Assembly (NCBI GenBank): GCA_000092065.1
Contig: CP000592.1
Length of the DNA: 64,000 bases
Origin: Ostreococcus lucimarinus
Lineage: Eukaryota
Reading direction: 5' to 3' (one strand)
The notes under the pieces are model-generated. The model was not told where the DNA came from. It searched no databases and saw only the letters and a program-made list of their open reading frames with translations. Of the stretch, positions 21,866 to 30,590 are shown piece by piece (position 1 is the stretch's first letter; the number at the start of each line of letters is the position of its first letter). The position numbers and the translations under genes are program-made.

Positions 21866-22936
21866 ATGGGCGACGAAGGCGACGCAATCGTCCCGACCGA
21901 CGCCGCGGCGACGAAGAAGGCGTCGTTCGGCGGCGGTGGGTTCAAGAAACGCGGCGCGAACGCGCGCGCGAACGCGCGAAAGCGCGCGGCGGCGTCGAGT
22001 TCGGACGACGACGACGGCGGTGGTGGTGGGTTCGATGACGGCGAAGACGAACAGAACGTCGGGCGTAAGAAGCGGAGTCAAGGCATCGTGGCATCCTCGC
22101 GCGATGGTAAAGGCAAGTACGAGAGGTTCGCATTTGAAGGTTCGAAGACGGTGCGGGCGCGCGGAGACATGGGGGCGACGGCGGAACTAGAGATCGATAC
22201 GAGCAAGGAGATGGATGGACGAGCGATGCGAGAACAGGTGCTGAAACAAGCCATCGACCGCGCCGATGGATTCGAGGACGACAAGAAGTATCGCGGGACG
22301 AATGCGTACGTGGACTATCGAGCCGGGTTCCGTCGCGAGCAGACGATTTCGAGCGAGAAGGGCCGAGGGGCGCACGGTCCGATGCGAGCGGCGACGAATA
22401 TTCGGTCGACTTTCGTCATGGACTACAAACCAGACATTTGCAAAGACTACAAGCAAACCGGTTTCTGTGGATGGGGCGACGCGTGCAAGTTTTTACACGA
22501 TAGAGGAGATTACAAACAAGGCTGGCAGCTCGACAAGGATTGGGAGCAAAAAGAACAGGCGCGCAAAGCGGCCGAAGCTCGCATGGCCAAGCTCGGCGAA
22601 GATGGCGTCGCGGAAGAGTCCGATGAAGAGTATGTCAACGACATCCCCGAATCTTGCGCGATTTGCGACACCTCCTGGCTCGAAGCGAAGTTTCCAGTCG
22701 CGACGGCGTGCGGACACTTTTTTTGCGAGCGCTGCGCGTTGCAACACAACGCCAAGCAAACGACGTGTTTCACGTGCGACAAAGAGACTGGAGGCACGTT
22801 TAACGCCGCTAAAGAAATCATCAAGCGCGTGAAAGAGTGCAAGGCCACCGGACGCGCGTGGGGGATGCGACAAAAGAAGGAAAAGCGCGCCGACGACAAG
22901 GCGCAATCCAATCAAGCGGGTTGGGTGCTCGGTTAA
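21866..22936 (+). CDS. RNF113A: CCCH zinc finger + RING finger splicing factor (RNF113A/Cwc24 homolog)
   Basis: The C3H1 finger [34 protein letters not shown] is near-identical to human RNF113A ([34 protein letters not shown]). RING [31 protein letters not shown]...[18 protein letters not shown] matches FKCFICRQSF...[37 protein letters not shown]. Start is ATG 21866 (MGDEGDA...). An upstream in-frame ATG at 21749 is possible. Confidence 0.8.
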   Translation: [356 protein letters not shown]

Positions 22937-23015
22937 TAGTCACTAGTTAGAGTACGTTGATAAAAACAAGCAGCTAAGGCGGCGCAAATAACACAATCTT
23001 CGACGCGCTCGAACG

Positions 23016-23405
23016 TCACTTCGACGCTTCCTCCGGCGTCAGCGTCACCATTTCGTTCACCGCGTGCACTTGGTCTTGCAGTTCCATCCAAATGCACTTG
23101 TACACCATGCGTTGTCTATTCACCGAACTCTTCCCCTCGAACGCCTTGGACACGACTTTGATCGACACGTGTCGCGCGTTCCCGCTCTCGTCTCGCACGT
23201 CCACCGCGTCAGCCTCTAAGCCTTCCGCGATTTTCCCTCGCATCTGTTCCACGAGCGCGCTCGTGATGTTATTGCCCTCCCCCCCGCTCGCGAACGTTCG
23301 CGTCGCGCGCGCGGTCGCTCGCGCGGTCCGCGCGCACGCACCGCGCGCGCGCGCCGCGTGATTCACCCCCGCCGTCACCGCCGGTCGCACCAGCGCTCGC
23401 CACAT
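23016..23405 (-). CDS. BolA-family protein with an N-terminal organellar presequence
   Basis: BolA fold signature ITSALVEQMRGKIAEGLEADAVDVRDESGNARHVSIKVVSKAFEGKSSVNRQRMVYKCIWMELQDQVHAVNEMVTLTPEE. ATG at 23403-23405 (MWRALVRPAV...). The track's 5' extension to 24041 runs through the tandem repeat and was rejected. Confidence 0.6.
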   Translation of the reverse strand: MWRALVRPAVTAGVNHAARARGACARTARATARATRTFASGGEGNNITSALVEQMRGKIAEGLEADAVDVRDESGNARHVSIKVVSKAFEGKSSVNRQRMVYKCIWMELQDQVHAVNEMVTLTPEEASK

Positions 23406-23504
23406 CGTCGTCGTCGTCGTCGTCGCGGGTGTGACGTCGAAGTTCGTAAACCCCCGTCCGGGCGCCCCGAATCGAACGTCCCGGCGCGATTGCCGAAATC
23501 GGGA

Positions 23505-23650
23505 AAAATCGAACAATCGAACAGTCGAAAAGTCGAACAATCGAACAGTCGAAACATCGAAAAGTCGAACAATCGAAAAGTCGAAACATCGAACAGTCGA
23601 AAAGTCGAACAATCGAAAAGTCGAAACATCGAACAGTCGAAAAGTCGAAC
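23505..23650. repeat. Tandem minisatellite of degenerate ~9-12-nt units (TCGAAC[AC]A[AG]TCGAAAAG...) lying between divergent genes
   Basis: atcgaacagtcgaaaagtcgaacaatcgaacagtcgaaacatcgaaaagtcgaacaatcgaaaagtcgaaacatcgaacagtcgaaaagtcgaac. It is translated as (S/T)(F/V)RLFD repeats in the spurious ORF frames on both strands. Confidence 0.75.
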
Positions 23651-23756
23651 CGGCGTGCCCGGGCCCGGGTGCGGGTGCGGCCGTCGCGGACGACGACGAC
23701 CCACTTTGCGACGACGGTCGCGGTGCAGACGGCGTCGCGGCGTCGGGAACCCGACG

Positions 23757-24803
23757 ATGATGCTTCGTCGCGCGGCGACGACGTCGCGCGGCGCGGCGCG
23801 GCGCGAGCGCGCGTCCGCGGGACGACGACGTCGCGCGCGCGCGATGCCGACGCGGAGGCGAACGCGCGCGACCGCGGAGGCGTCGACGAGCGATGAGGAG
23901 GTGAAATATCACACGTGGCGAGGCCATCGCGTGGGGTATCGCGCGAGCGGCGATGAAGGGCGGGCGATCGTCCTCATTCACGGGTTCGGGGTGTCGAGCT
24001 TTCAGTTTAGAGATAACGTGCGCGCGCTCGGCGAACGCCATCGAGTGTACGCGTTGGATTTAGTGGGATTCGGAACGAGTGATCAACCAGACGTACCGTA
24101 CGCGATGGAATTTTGGAGAGATCAAGTGATCGACTTCGTGGAAAACGTCGTGGGCGAGCCGGCGGTGCTGGTGGGGAACAGCATCGGCTCGCTCGCGGCG
24201 GTGCACGTGGCGGCCGAGTCGCCGAAGACGACGGCGGGCATCGCCCTCATCAACTGCGCGGGGGGGATGAATAACAAAGTCAAACGCTTAGATGGAGATT
24301 TTGATGGATATGGGTGGCAATACAAGGCCGTGGTACCCATTTTCAGCGTCGTGTTGGCCATCATAGACGCGGTGTTGAAGGTGGAGCCGATCGCGAAACC
24401 GCTCTTTGAAAGCGTGAGAGGCGAAGAAAATGTGCGCGGCGCGCTCGCAAATGTGTACATGAATCCCAGTCGCGTCGATGACGGGTTGGTGAACTCTATT
24501 TGCGGCGCGGCGAACAGAGAAGGCGCGTTCAAGGCGTTCGTGAACATCTTAACGGGTCCCGCCGGGCCGCGTCCCGAGGAACTCATGCCTCGCGTCGCGT
24601 GTCCGATGCTCATCTTGTGGGGAAGCAAAGACACCATCACCCCGCTCGATTTCCCGCTCGGTCAATACTTTCTCAACCTTCCGAAAACACGACAGACGTC
24701 GCGAACGGACTTCATACAGTTTGAAGGCGAAGGACACTGCGTGCAAGACGACAATCCAAAACTCGTCAACGACGCGTTGACCGATTGGGTCGCCGCGCTT
24801 TAG
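23757..24803 (+). CDS. Alpha/beta-hydrolase fold serine hydrolase with a predicted plastid transit peptide
   Basis: RAIVLIHGFGVSSFQFRDNV, nucleophile elbow LVGNSIGSLAAV (GxSxG), C-terminal ...FEGEGHCVQDDNPKLVNDALTDWV with the catalytic His. The N-terminus from ATG 23757 (MMLRRAATTSRGAARR...) is Arg/Ser/Thr-rich. Confidence 0.6.
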   Translation: MMLRRAATTSRGAARRERASAGRRRRARAMPTRRRTRATAEASTSDEEVKYHTWRGHRVGYRASGDEGRAIVLIHGFGVSSFQFRDNVRALGERHRVYALDLVGFGTSDQPDVPYAMEFWRDQVIDFVENVVGEPAVLVGNSIGSLAAVHVAAESPKTTAGIALINCAGGMNNKVKRLDGDFDGYGWQYKAVVPIFSVVLAIIDAVLKVEPIAKPLFESVRGEENVRGALANVYMNPSRVDDGLVNSICGAANREGAFKAFVNILTGPAGPRPEELMPRVACPMLILWGSKDTITPLDFPLGQYFLNLPKTRQTSRTDFIQFEGEGHCVQDDNPKLVNDALTDWVAAL

Positions 24804-24876
24804 GACGCGACACTAGACGCTGTATGTATATGATGAAGCTCGCTGTATCGTACACAATCGACTAAATTCCAAACCA

Positions 24877-24898
24877 CGCGCGCGCGCGCGCGCGCGCG
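24877..24898. repeat. (CG)n dinucleotide repeat
   Basis: cgcgcgcgcgcgcgcgcgcgcg seen directly. Confidence 0.6.
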
Positions 24899-24903
24899 GC
24901 GCC

Positions 24904-25104
24904 TCAGGTCGCGCCCGCGCTCTCGACGACGACGACGTCGACGTCGTCGTGCGCCCCCTGCAACAACAGCTCCCCCGCGAACGTCAACTTTCCTCGCTTC
25001 TTCGCCGCTCGCAGCGTCCCGTTCAGCGCCTCGAACGTGTTCGCCACCTCATCGTCGCGCACGAGCGCGCCGAACTTCACCTGCGTCGCGCGATCGCGCG
25101 ACAT
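24904..25104 (-). CDS. Possible small ORF (66 aa) of unknown function, with weak resemblance to the L7Ae/L30e fold
   Basis: ATG at 25102-25104 gives MSRDRATQVKFGALVRDDEVANTFEALNGTLRAAKKRGKLTFAGELLLQGAHDDVDVVVVESAGAT. It sits alone in the ~670-bp gap between two plus-strand genes. It may be a terminal exon of an unresolved gene or may be spurious. Confidence 0.2.
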   Translation of the reverse strand: MSRDRATQVKFGALVRDDEVANTFEALNGTLRAAKKRGKLTFAGELLLQGAHDDVDVVVVESAGAT

Positions 25105-25473
25105 CGCGCCGTCAGTCGCGCGCGACGCAAAGAGTCGTTTCGCGCGCGCGCGTCGCGCCGTTCGTCGTCGCGCGCGCCTTGCACGTCCCGCCCGCGTCGA
25201 CGTCGCCGAGTCGTCGCACGGCGTCGACGAGGGCGTCGACTTCACCGTCCACGTCCATGACGGCCGCACCGCGCGCGACGCCGTGCCGACGCGACGGCCG
25301 CGCGCGCGTCGCGCGCGTCGCATCCCGTCGCGCGCGTCGCATCCGTCGGTCCGTCGTCCGCCGTCTCGCCCGTCGGCACCGCCCCGCGAGGGACTCGCCC
25401 GAGGGTCGCGAACCGCGAAATTTTAGCCGAACGTGACGTGGCGGGCGAGGATGAAGGACGTGAATGAGAATGA

Positions 25474-27729
25474 ATGAAACGCGTGGGTCCGATGATGACG
25501 CGCGCCCGACCGACAGTCCGAGGCGCGCGCGCGGCGACGGTGCGTCGTGGGAGCGACATGACGGCGCGCGACGCCGCGCGCGACGCGGAGGCGGCGGAAT
25601 CGCGCGAAAGCGACGCGCGGGGGGGGGATTCCGAACGCCCGGGGACGCCCGGACGGGACGACGACGACGACGCGCGCGATGGGATTTGGAACACGGCTGA
25701 GTTGCATCAGAGACTGATGCACTTGAACGTACACTCGAGCACGTCGAGCACGAGCTCGAGAAAGTCGGGCGATCCGAGCGCGAGCGGAGACGGGCTGCAG
25801 ACGACGACGAGCGGGTCCGCGAGCGGCGCGGGGGCGTCGAGCGGGACGCCGACGGGGGTGCTGCCGACGAAGTTGACGTCGAAAATGACGACAAAGGAGG
25901 TGAAATTCGGTGCTCAGAGTTTTGATTCGCTGAATCAGTACATATTGATCAAGGATCTCGGACGAGGATCGCATTCAAAGGTGAAGTTGGCGATGAATCA
26001 ACAGGATAATCAGCTCTACGCGGTGAAGTGGACGGACTCTCGAGTGAACTCCTGGAAAGCCGTTCGCAAGGAGATTGCCGTGCTGAAGAAGTTGCATCAT
26101 CCAAACATTCGTACTTTACACGAGGTCATCGATGACGAGTTCAAAAAGGAACTCATCTTAGTCTTGGAGTATTGCCAAACGGGACCCATTTTCACGCGTT
26201 TCAGCACGGTGGCGGTGGACGAAAAGGTTTTACTAGGATACGCTCGCGACATCGTGCTCGGATTGGATTACTTGCATTCGCTGCACATCGCGCACATGGA
26301 TCTTAAACCAGAAAATATGCTTCTGTGCACCGATGGCGAAGTCAAGCTCGCAGACTTTGGCGTGAGTTTCATACACGACTTGGTTTCGTCCGACGGCGTT
26401 GAGAAACGACTTGTGGGTACGCCGGCGTTTTTAGCGCCCGAAGTTCTTTCGGAAGACGGTTACGACCCATTCAAGGCAGATATATGGTCCCTGGGGGTGT
26501 GTTTCTACAATATGGCTATGGGCAAACTGCCGTTCCCAGGCAAGACGGTGTACCAAATCGTCGCAAAAGCGCGCGCAAACGAATTAGTATTCGACGAAGA
26601 CGCGCCGCTCTCAGAAAATTTCAAGGATCTTTTGCGCAACATGATGTGCGTTGACCCCGCGAAACGGCTGGATATTGCTGGCGTGATGCAGCATCTTTGG
26701 ATCACGCGCGATGGGGAAGAGCCTCTCGCGCGACCTCTCACCGAGCTGCCGCACGCCATCGTGGAGCTCACCGAGGAAGAAATCGCGAGCGCCATCAGAA
26801 CCGATCCGCTTGCCGCTTTATTGCAGCCTTCCTTCAACTTGGTGGAGTTCAACGATGGCGATATTCTTATGCACAAAGGTGCTATCGGTGAAGTGATGTA
26901 TTTCATCAACAAAGGTCACTGTGAGGTGTTGATGGACGCGATCGGAGTTGATTTAGACACCATCGATCGAGAACGCGAGACGGACGTTTTGGTCGTGCGA
27001 GAGGCTGGAGAGATTGTGGGGGAAATTGCGTTCCTTAAAGCGATGCAAGGGATCCGAGAGAAGTCGCACGTGCACGGCTATCGCACAGCGACAGTCAGGG
27101 CGAAGGGGCCGGTTGAGTGCCTCGCTGTAACCGTCCAAGACATGTTGACGGCGCTCGGTAAGGACGAACTTTCTCGAGTACGCCTCGTGCGCAGTGCGAG
27201 TTTCAAACTCGACCAAAACGAGGAGGTTCGCCTGCAGCTCAACATGAGAACCTCTAGAACGAGCAATGACTCGGACAGGAGCGAAGAAGCGCATCCTTTT
27301 AATCCGACTCGGAGGATCAGTGTGCTGTACGCCGAGGATAGCATGCCGACGCAGATGATTGTCAAAGCCTTTTTGAGGAAACTTGGCGACGTCGACGTAA
27401 CGATCGCCGCCGACGGGAAAAAGGCATTGGATGCGCATAAATCTATGAACTCTAACTTTGACTTGATTCTCATGGATTGTCAAATGCCTGTGATGGATGG
27501 TTTGGAAGCGACGACGCGCATTCGCGAACTCGACTCCGCCAAATCTGTGGTACCCATCGTGGGCGTGTCTTCTGGTGTTGAAGGAATGAGTGAAAAAGAG
27601 TGCCGCGACGTCGGGATGAATGACTTCGTCCTCAAACCACTGAACGTGCGGAAGTTGACAGATGTCATTCGCAAGACGCTACCTGAGCTCTTCGTCGAAG
27701 ATCCAGTTTCAAAAGACGAGAGAATCTGA
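25474..27729 (+). CDS. Multidomain signalling protein: Ser/Thr protein kinase (CAMK-like) + cyclic-nucleotide-binding domain + CheY-like response-regulator receiver domain
   Basis: Kinase subdomains LGRGSHSKVKLA...AVK, HRD-equivalent IAHMDLKPENMLL, DFG, and APE as GTPAFLAPE. cNMP-binding domain FNDGDILMHKGAIGEVMYFINKGHCEVL...GEIVGEIAFL...RTATVRAKGPVECLAV. Receiver domain ISVLYAEDSMPTQMIVKAFLRKLG...DLILMDCQMPVMDGLEATTRIR...NDFVLKPL, with the acid pocket, the phospho-acceptor Asp (MDCQMP) and the conserved Lys (LKP). Real ATG at 25474. Single 751-aa exon. Confidence 0.8.
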   Translation: MKRVGPMMTRARPTVRGARAATVRRGSDMTARDAARDAEAAESRESDARGGDSERPGTPGRDDDDDARDGIWNTAELHQRLMHLNVHSSTSSTSSRKSGDPSASGDGLQTTTSGSASGAGASSGTPTGVLPTKLTSKMTTKEVKFGAQSFDSLNQYILIKDLGRGSHSKVKLAMNQQDNQLYAVKWTDSRVNSWKAVRKEIAVLKKLHHPNIRTLHEVIDDEFKKELILVLEYCQTGPIFTRFSTVAVDEKVLLGYARDIVLGLDYLHSLHIAHMDLKPENMLLCTDGEVKLADFGVSFIHDLVSSDGVEKRLVGTPAFLAPEVLSEDGYDPFKADIWSLGVCFYNMAMGKLPFPGKTVYQIVAKARANELVFDEDAPLSENFKDLLRNMMCVDPAKRLDIAGVMQHLWITRDGEEPLARPLTELPHAIVELTEEEIASAIRTDPLAALLQPSFNLVEFNDGDILMHKGAIGEVMYFINKGHCEVLMDAIGVDLDTIDRERETDVLVVREAGEIVGEIAFLKAMQGIREKSHVHGYRTATVRAKGPVECLAVTVQDMLTALGKDELSRVRLVRSASFKLDQNEEVRLQLNMRTSRTSNDSDRSEEAHPFNPTRRISVLYAEDSMPTQMIVKAFLRKLGDVDVTIAADGKKALDAHKSMNSNFDLILMDCQMPVMDGLEATTRIRELDSAKSVVPIVGVSSGVEGMSEKECRDVGMNDFVLKPLNVRKLTDVIRKTLPELFVEDPVSKDERI

Positions 27730-27768
27730 TTTATTAAAATGTAATGTACAATGAAAGCGCGAGCATTT

Positions 27769-28461
27769 TTATTGTTTCGTTTTCGCCATCTTCTTCGGCA
27801 TCGTCAGCGCCGCGGCACTCCACAGTGCGCTCTCGAGCTTGGCTGGTGTGAGGTCATCTGCGCCGAGATCGTCGCATTTACGGTGCAGAGCTTTCATAAA
27901 CTCGTGATACCGCGCTGCGGAGTATCTATCATTTCCCCCGTTTCCGACGACGACGGCAAGCGCCTCGTCGCTAAAGAATGGAAACCGCTCGTCGCCGACC
28001 GCCATGAGAATCGACGCCGTGGCTGGTCCGCATCCTTTCAGCGCGATGAATGGTGCCATAGCATCGACGATTTTACCCTTACTATTTCTTTTGCCCCCTT
28101 CGCTCGCGTGTGCGAGTCGATACGCCTCTCGACTCGCGCTCTCCACGTCGCGTTCCGACAACGCTTGCGCGTACTTCATCAACCCAGGTCTCGTTTTCCC
28201 TCGCGCCAGCTTCCACTCCACCACGCGCACGTACTCATCCTTTTTTATGTATCCCCAATCATCGCTCGTCGCGCTCGTCGCGCGTCTTTGCGCGATGGTT
28301 TTCGGAAGTTCTTTGCGCACGAACGCATCCAACTTGGATAACCGCTCGCCTAGATTCAACGCTCGCAAGCGCTCGTCGTACGCCGCCGCGTGCGCTCGCC
28401 ACTGTTCTCGATCCCCGCCGTTCCAAAGCTTTATCGCGCCCTCGTGCGCGATCGGTGGCAT
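27769..28461 (-). CDS. Hypothetical conserved protein (231 aa) with a helix-hairpin-helix-like motif
   Basis: ORF from ATG 28459-28461 (MPPIAHEG...). IALKGCGPATASILMAVGDERFPFFSDEALAVV resembles an HhH DNA-binding/glycosylase-type hairpin. An alternative ATG at 28525-28527 shares a CCATGG palindrome with the plus-strand start codon of the next gene. Confidence 0.4.
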   Translation of the reverse strand: MPPIAHEGAIKLWNGGDREQWRAHAAAYDERLRALNLGERLSKLDAFVRKELPKTIAQRRATSATSDDWGYIKKDEYVRVVEWKLARGKTRPGLMKYAQALSERDVESASREAYRLAHASEGGKRNSKGKIVDAMAPFIALKGCGPATASILMAVGDERFPFFSDEALAVVVGNGGNDRYSAARYHEFMKALHRKCDDLGADDLTPAKLESALWSAAALTMPKKMAKTKQ

Positions 28462-28525
28462 CGTCGCGCGATCGGGACGACGACGCGGCGCCACACTCTG
28501 ACGCGTCGTCGTCCCGTCTCGTCCC

Positions 28526-29500
28526 ATGGGGCGCGACGCCCGAGGTCAAGCCGCGAAGACGGCGCCCGGGGAGCCGCGATCGGCGCGCGCGAGCGCGGAG
28601 AAGAAGAAGAACCCCGCGGCGAGCTTCATCGGCGGCGCGAGCGCTGGTTTAGTGTCCAGCGCGCTGTTGCAGCCGTTCGAGGTGGTGAAGACGAAGATGC
28701 AAGCCGAAAAGCTGCGAGGCGCGCGCGGGATGGTGAACGTCGCCGCGGACGTGGTCAAAACGAACGGGATGAAAGGGCTCTGGAGCGGCGTCAGCGCGTC
28801 GTGCGTGCGAACCACCGCGGGGGCTGGGTTGTACTTCTTCTTGCTCGAGCGCGTGACGAGGGAGCTCGCGGCGAGTTTTAACAAGGAGAAAGCGACGCCG
28901 TTCGAACGCTCTGCGATGACGTTCGGCGCTGGGTGCTCGGCGAGAATGGTCGCGGCGGTGCTGCTGAACCCTATAACCGTGGTGAAGACGCGGATGGAAT
29001 ACGCAGGGGCGAACGCGGGGGTGCGGCAAGGCATGGTGGCTACGTTTGCGAGCGTGGCGCGGAAAGAGGGCGCCGGGGGGTTGTTTTCGGGGCTCGGAAG
29101 CACGGTCGCTCGAGATGCGCCTTTCTCAGGGCTCAATTTGTTGCTCTTCACCCAGACTCGGCATTTGATGCACGAAGTCGCGCGCATGCAGAACCGCGAA
29201 GCCGGAGCGGCGGACACGTTCATCGCCGGCGCGCTCGCGGGGGCGGGGGCTACGTTTCTCACGCACCCTCCCGATGTCATTCGTACCCGAGTTCAGCTCG
29301 GGCGAATAATGACGCAACAAAGCGGTAGCAAAATGCCAGCCGTATCACTGGCGAAAATTCTCAGGGAAGAGGGTGTTCGCGCGCTGTGGGTCGGTTCGCT
29401 CCCTCGCGTAACGCGCAGAACGTTTCAGCAAGCCATCACGTGGAGCATGTTTGATTTCGTCTCTCGCGCTTTGGGGGGGACGGACATCTTTCAGCGTTAA
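28526..29500 (+). CDS. SLC25A38: Mitochondrial carrier family protein, SLC25A38/Hem25-like (glycine carrier for haem synthesis)
   Basis: Three Mito_carr repeats. The following matches to human SLC25A38 are strong: NPITVVKTRMEYAG (SPITVIKTRYESG), GGLFSGLGSTVARDAPFSGLNLLLFTQTRHL ([31 protein letters not shown]), HPPDVIRTRVQLG (QPADVIKTHMQL), PRVTRRTFQQAITWSMFD (PRALRRTLMAAMAWTVYE). Confidence 0.75.
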   Translation: MGRDARGQAAKTAPGEPRSARASAEKKKNPAASFIGGASAGLVSSALLQPFEVVKTKMQAEKLRGARGMVNVAADVVKTNGMKGLWSGVSASCVRTTAGAGLYFFLLERVTRELAASFNKEKATPFERSAMTFGAGCSARMVAAVLLNPITVVKTRMEYAGANAGVRQGMVATFASVARKEGAGGLFSGLGSTVARDAPFSGLNLLLFTQTRHLMHEVARMQNREAGAADTFIAGALAGAGATFLTHPPDVIRTRVQLGRIMTQQSGSKMPAVSLAKILREEGVRALWVGSLPRVTRRTFQQAITWSMFDFVSRALGGTDIFQR

Positions 29501-29547
29501 TTTCTAGGAAAATCGGTATTATAATGTTAGTGGTAGACGATAGATAC

Positions 29548-30341
29548 TCAAATGTCGATGAACAAATTAGCCCTGACGACGGCGTCGAGCGGCATGCGCA
29601 GACGCCACTCGCGCGATTTTTTGTTCATCCCTTGTCCTTTCTTCGCTGGACGATTCGCCGGCACATCTGCGAGCTTCCATTCGACCTCCGTGTCCGATAT
29701 ATCGGTGACTTCCATCGTCTTCGTCACGTTTGAGGTCGACTCGGGGTTCTCGATCGCTTCCTTGTACGTCACGTCCATGACGAGGTCGCGAAATCGTTCC
29801 AGTTCCCGCGGCACGCGCAAACTCCTCATCGCCCCCGGACTCGCCAACTCCACGGCGACGTCTTCCGGAAATCCACGTTCATCTAGTATCGCGTTATGCG
29901 CGCGGACGATCGTCGTCAATTCATCCAACGTCGGTGATCCGTACTTGTCGTTCAACTTGTCCACGCTCGCCAACACGCGTCGCCGCGACGCGTTCACTTT
30001 AAATGAAAAAATATCATACTCTCCCGCGAACGCATCGCTCGCCAGCGCGTCCCTGAGCGCCTCGAGCGCCATCTCTCCGTAATCCGTCCCCCCCGCATCG
30101 ATCGCTTCGCCTCCCACCTCCAATTCCTCATCCGCCGCCACCTCCTCCTCGACGTCGAAGTCTTCGTCCAGCGCCTCCTCGTCGTCCTCGTCCTCGTCCT
30201 CGTCCGCCGCCGTCCTCCCTCGATTGTTCGACTTCGCCGCGAGCGTCCGCGCGCCCCACCCTCGCCTCGCGCCCTCGATCGCGCCCTCGATCCCGATCCC
30301 GCGCCCGCGCGCGCGCGCGCGCGTCGTCGCCGGCCGCCACA

Positions 30342-30372
<31 letters not shown>

Positions 30373-30462
30373 GCGCGCGCGCGTCGCGAGCCGTCGTCGC
30401 GCGACGACGTCGCCGCATCGCGCGCGCGTCATCACCGCGCGCGCCGTCGCCATCGCTCGCAT
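29548..30462 (-). CDS. RimP/DUF150-like ribosome-maturation factor homolog with a long organellar N-terminal extension. Tentative.
   Basis: The C-terminal half (YGSPTLDELTTIVRAHNAILDERGFPEDVAVELASPGAMRSLRVPRELERFRDLVMDVTYKEA...) resembles the bacterial RimP core (...LEVSSPG.DRPL....F.RF.G..V.V). The N-terminus is Arg/Thr-rich with an acidic linker. Start is ATG 30460-30462; the track start at 30606 is a GTG codon. Confidence 0.45.
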
Positions 30463-30590
30463 CGTCGCGCGTCGCGACGTCGCGTCGTCGCGATGTCGCG
30501 ACCGAACGCGCCGAACGCGCGACGACGCGACGACGCCGCCGATCGCGACATCGCGACGCCGACGACGCCGACGACCCGAGCGCGACGGCG

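Noticed and set aside
23358-23756. 5' extension of the hydrolase ORF and the minus-strand ORF 23269..23704 across the minisatellite
   Set aside because: The apparent coding potential is produced by the tandem repeat (FRLFD units in all frames).
24904-25323. The full 139-aa track ORF upstream of the 66-aa small ORF
   Set aside because: The upstream 73 codons are Arg/Ala/Thr low complexity. Only the C-terminal 66 aa from a real ATG look protein-like, and even those are kept at low confidence.
25112-25894. Minus-strand ORFs antisense to the kinase gene's 5' end (25112..25894, 25242..25694, 25423..25974)
   Set aside because: Extreme Arg/Ala/Ser/Pro composition, overlapping one another in different frames. 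Antisense artefacts of GC-rich coding DNA.
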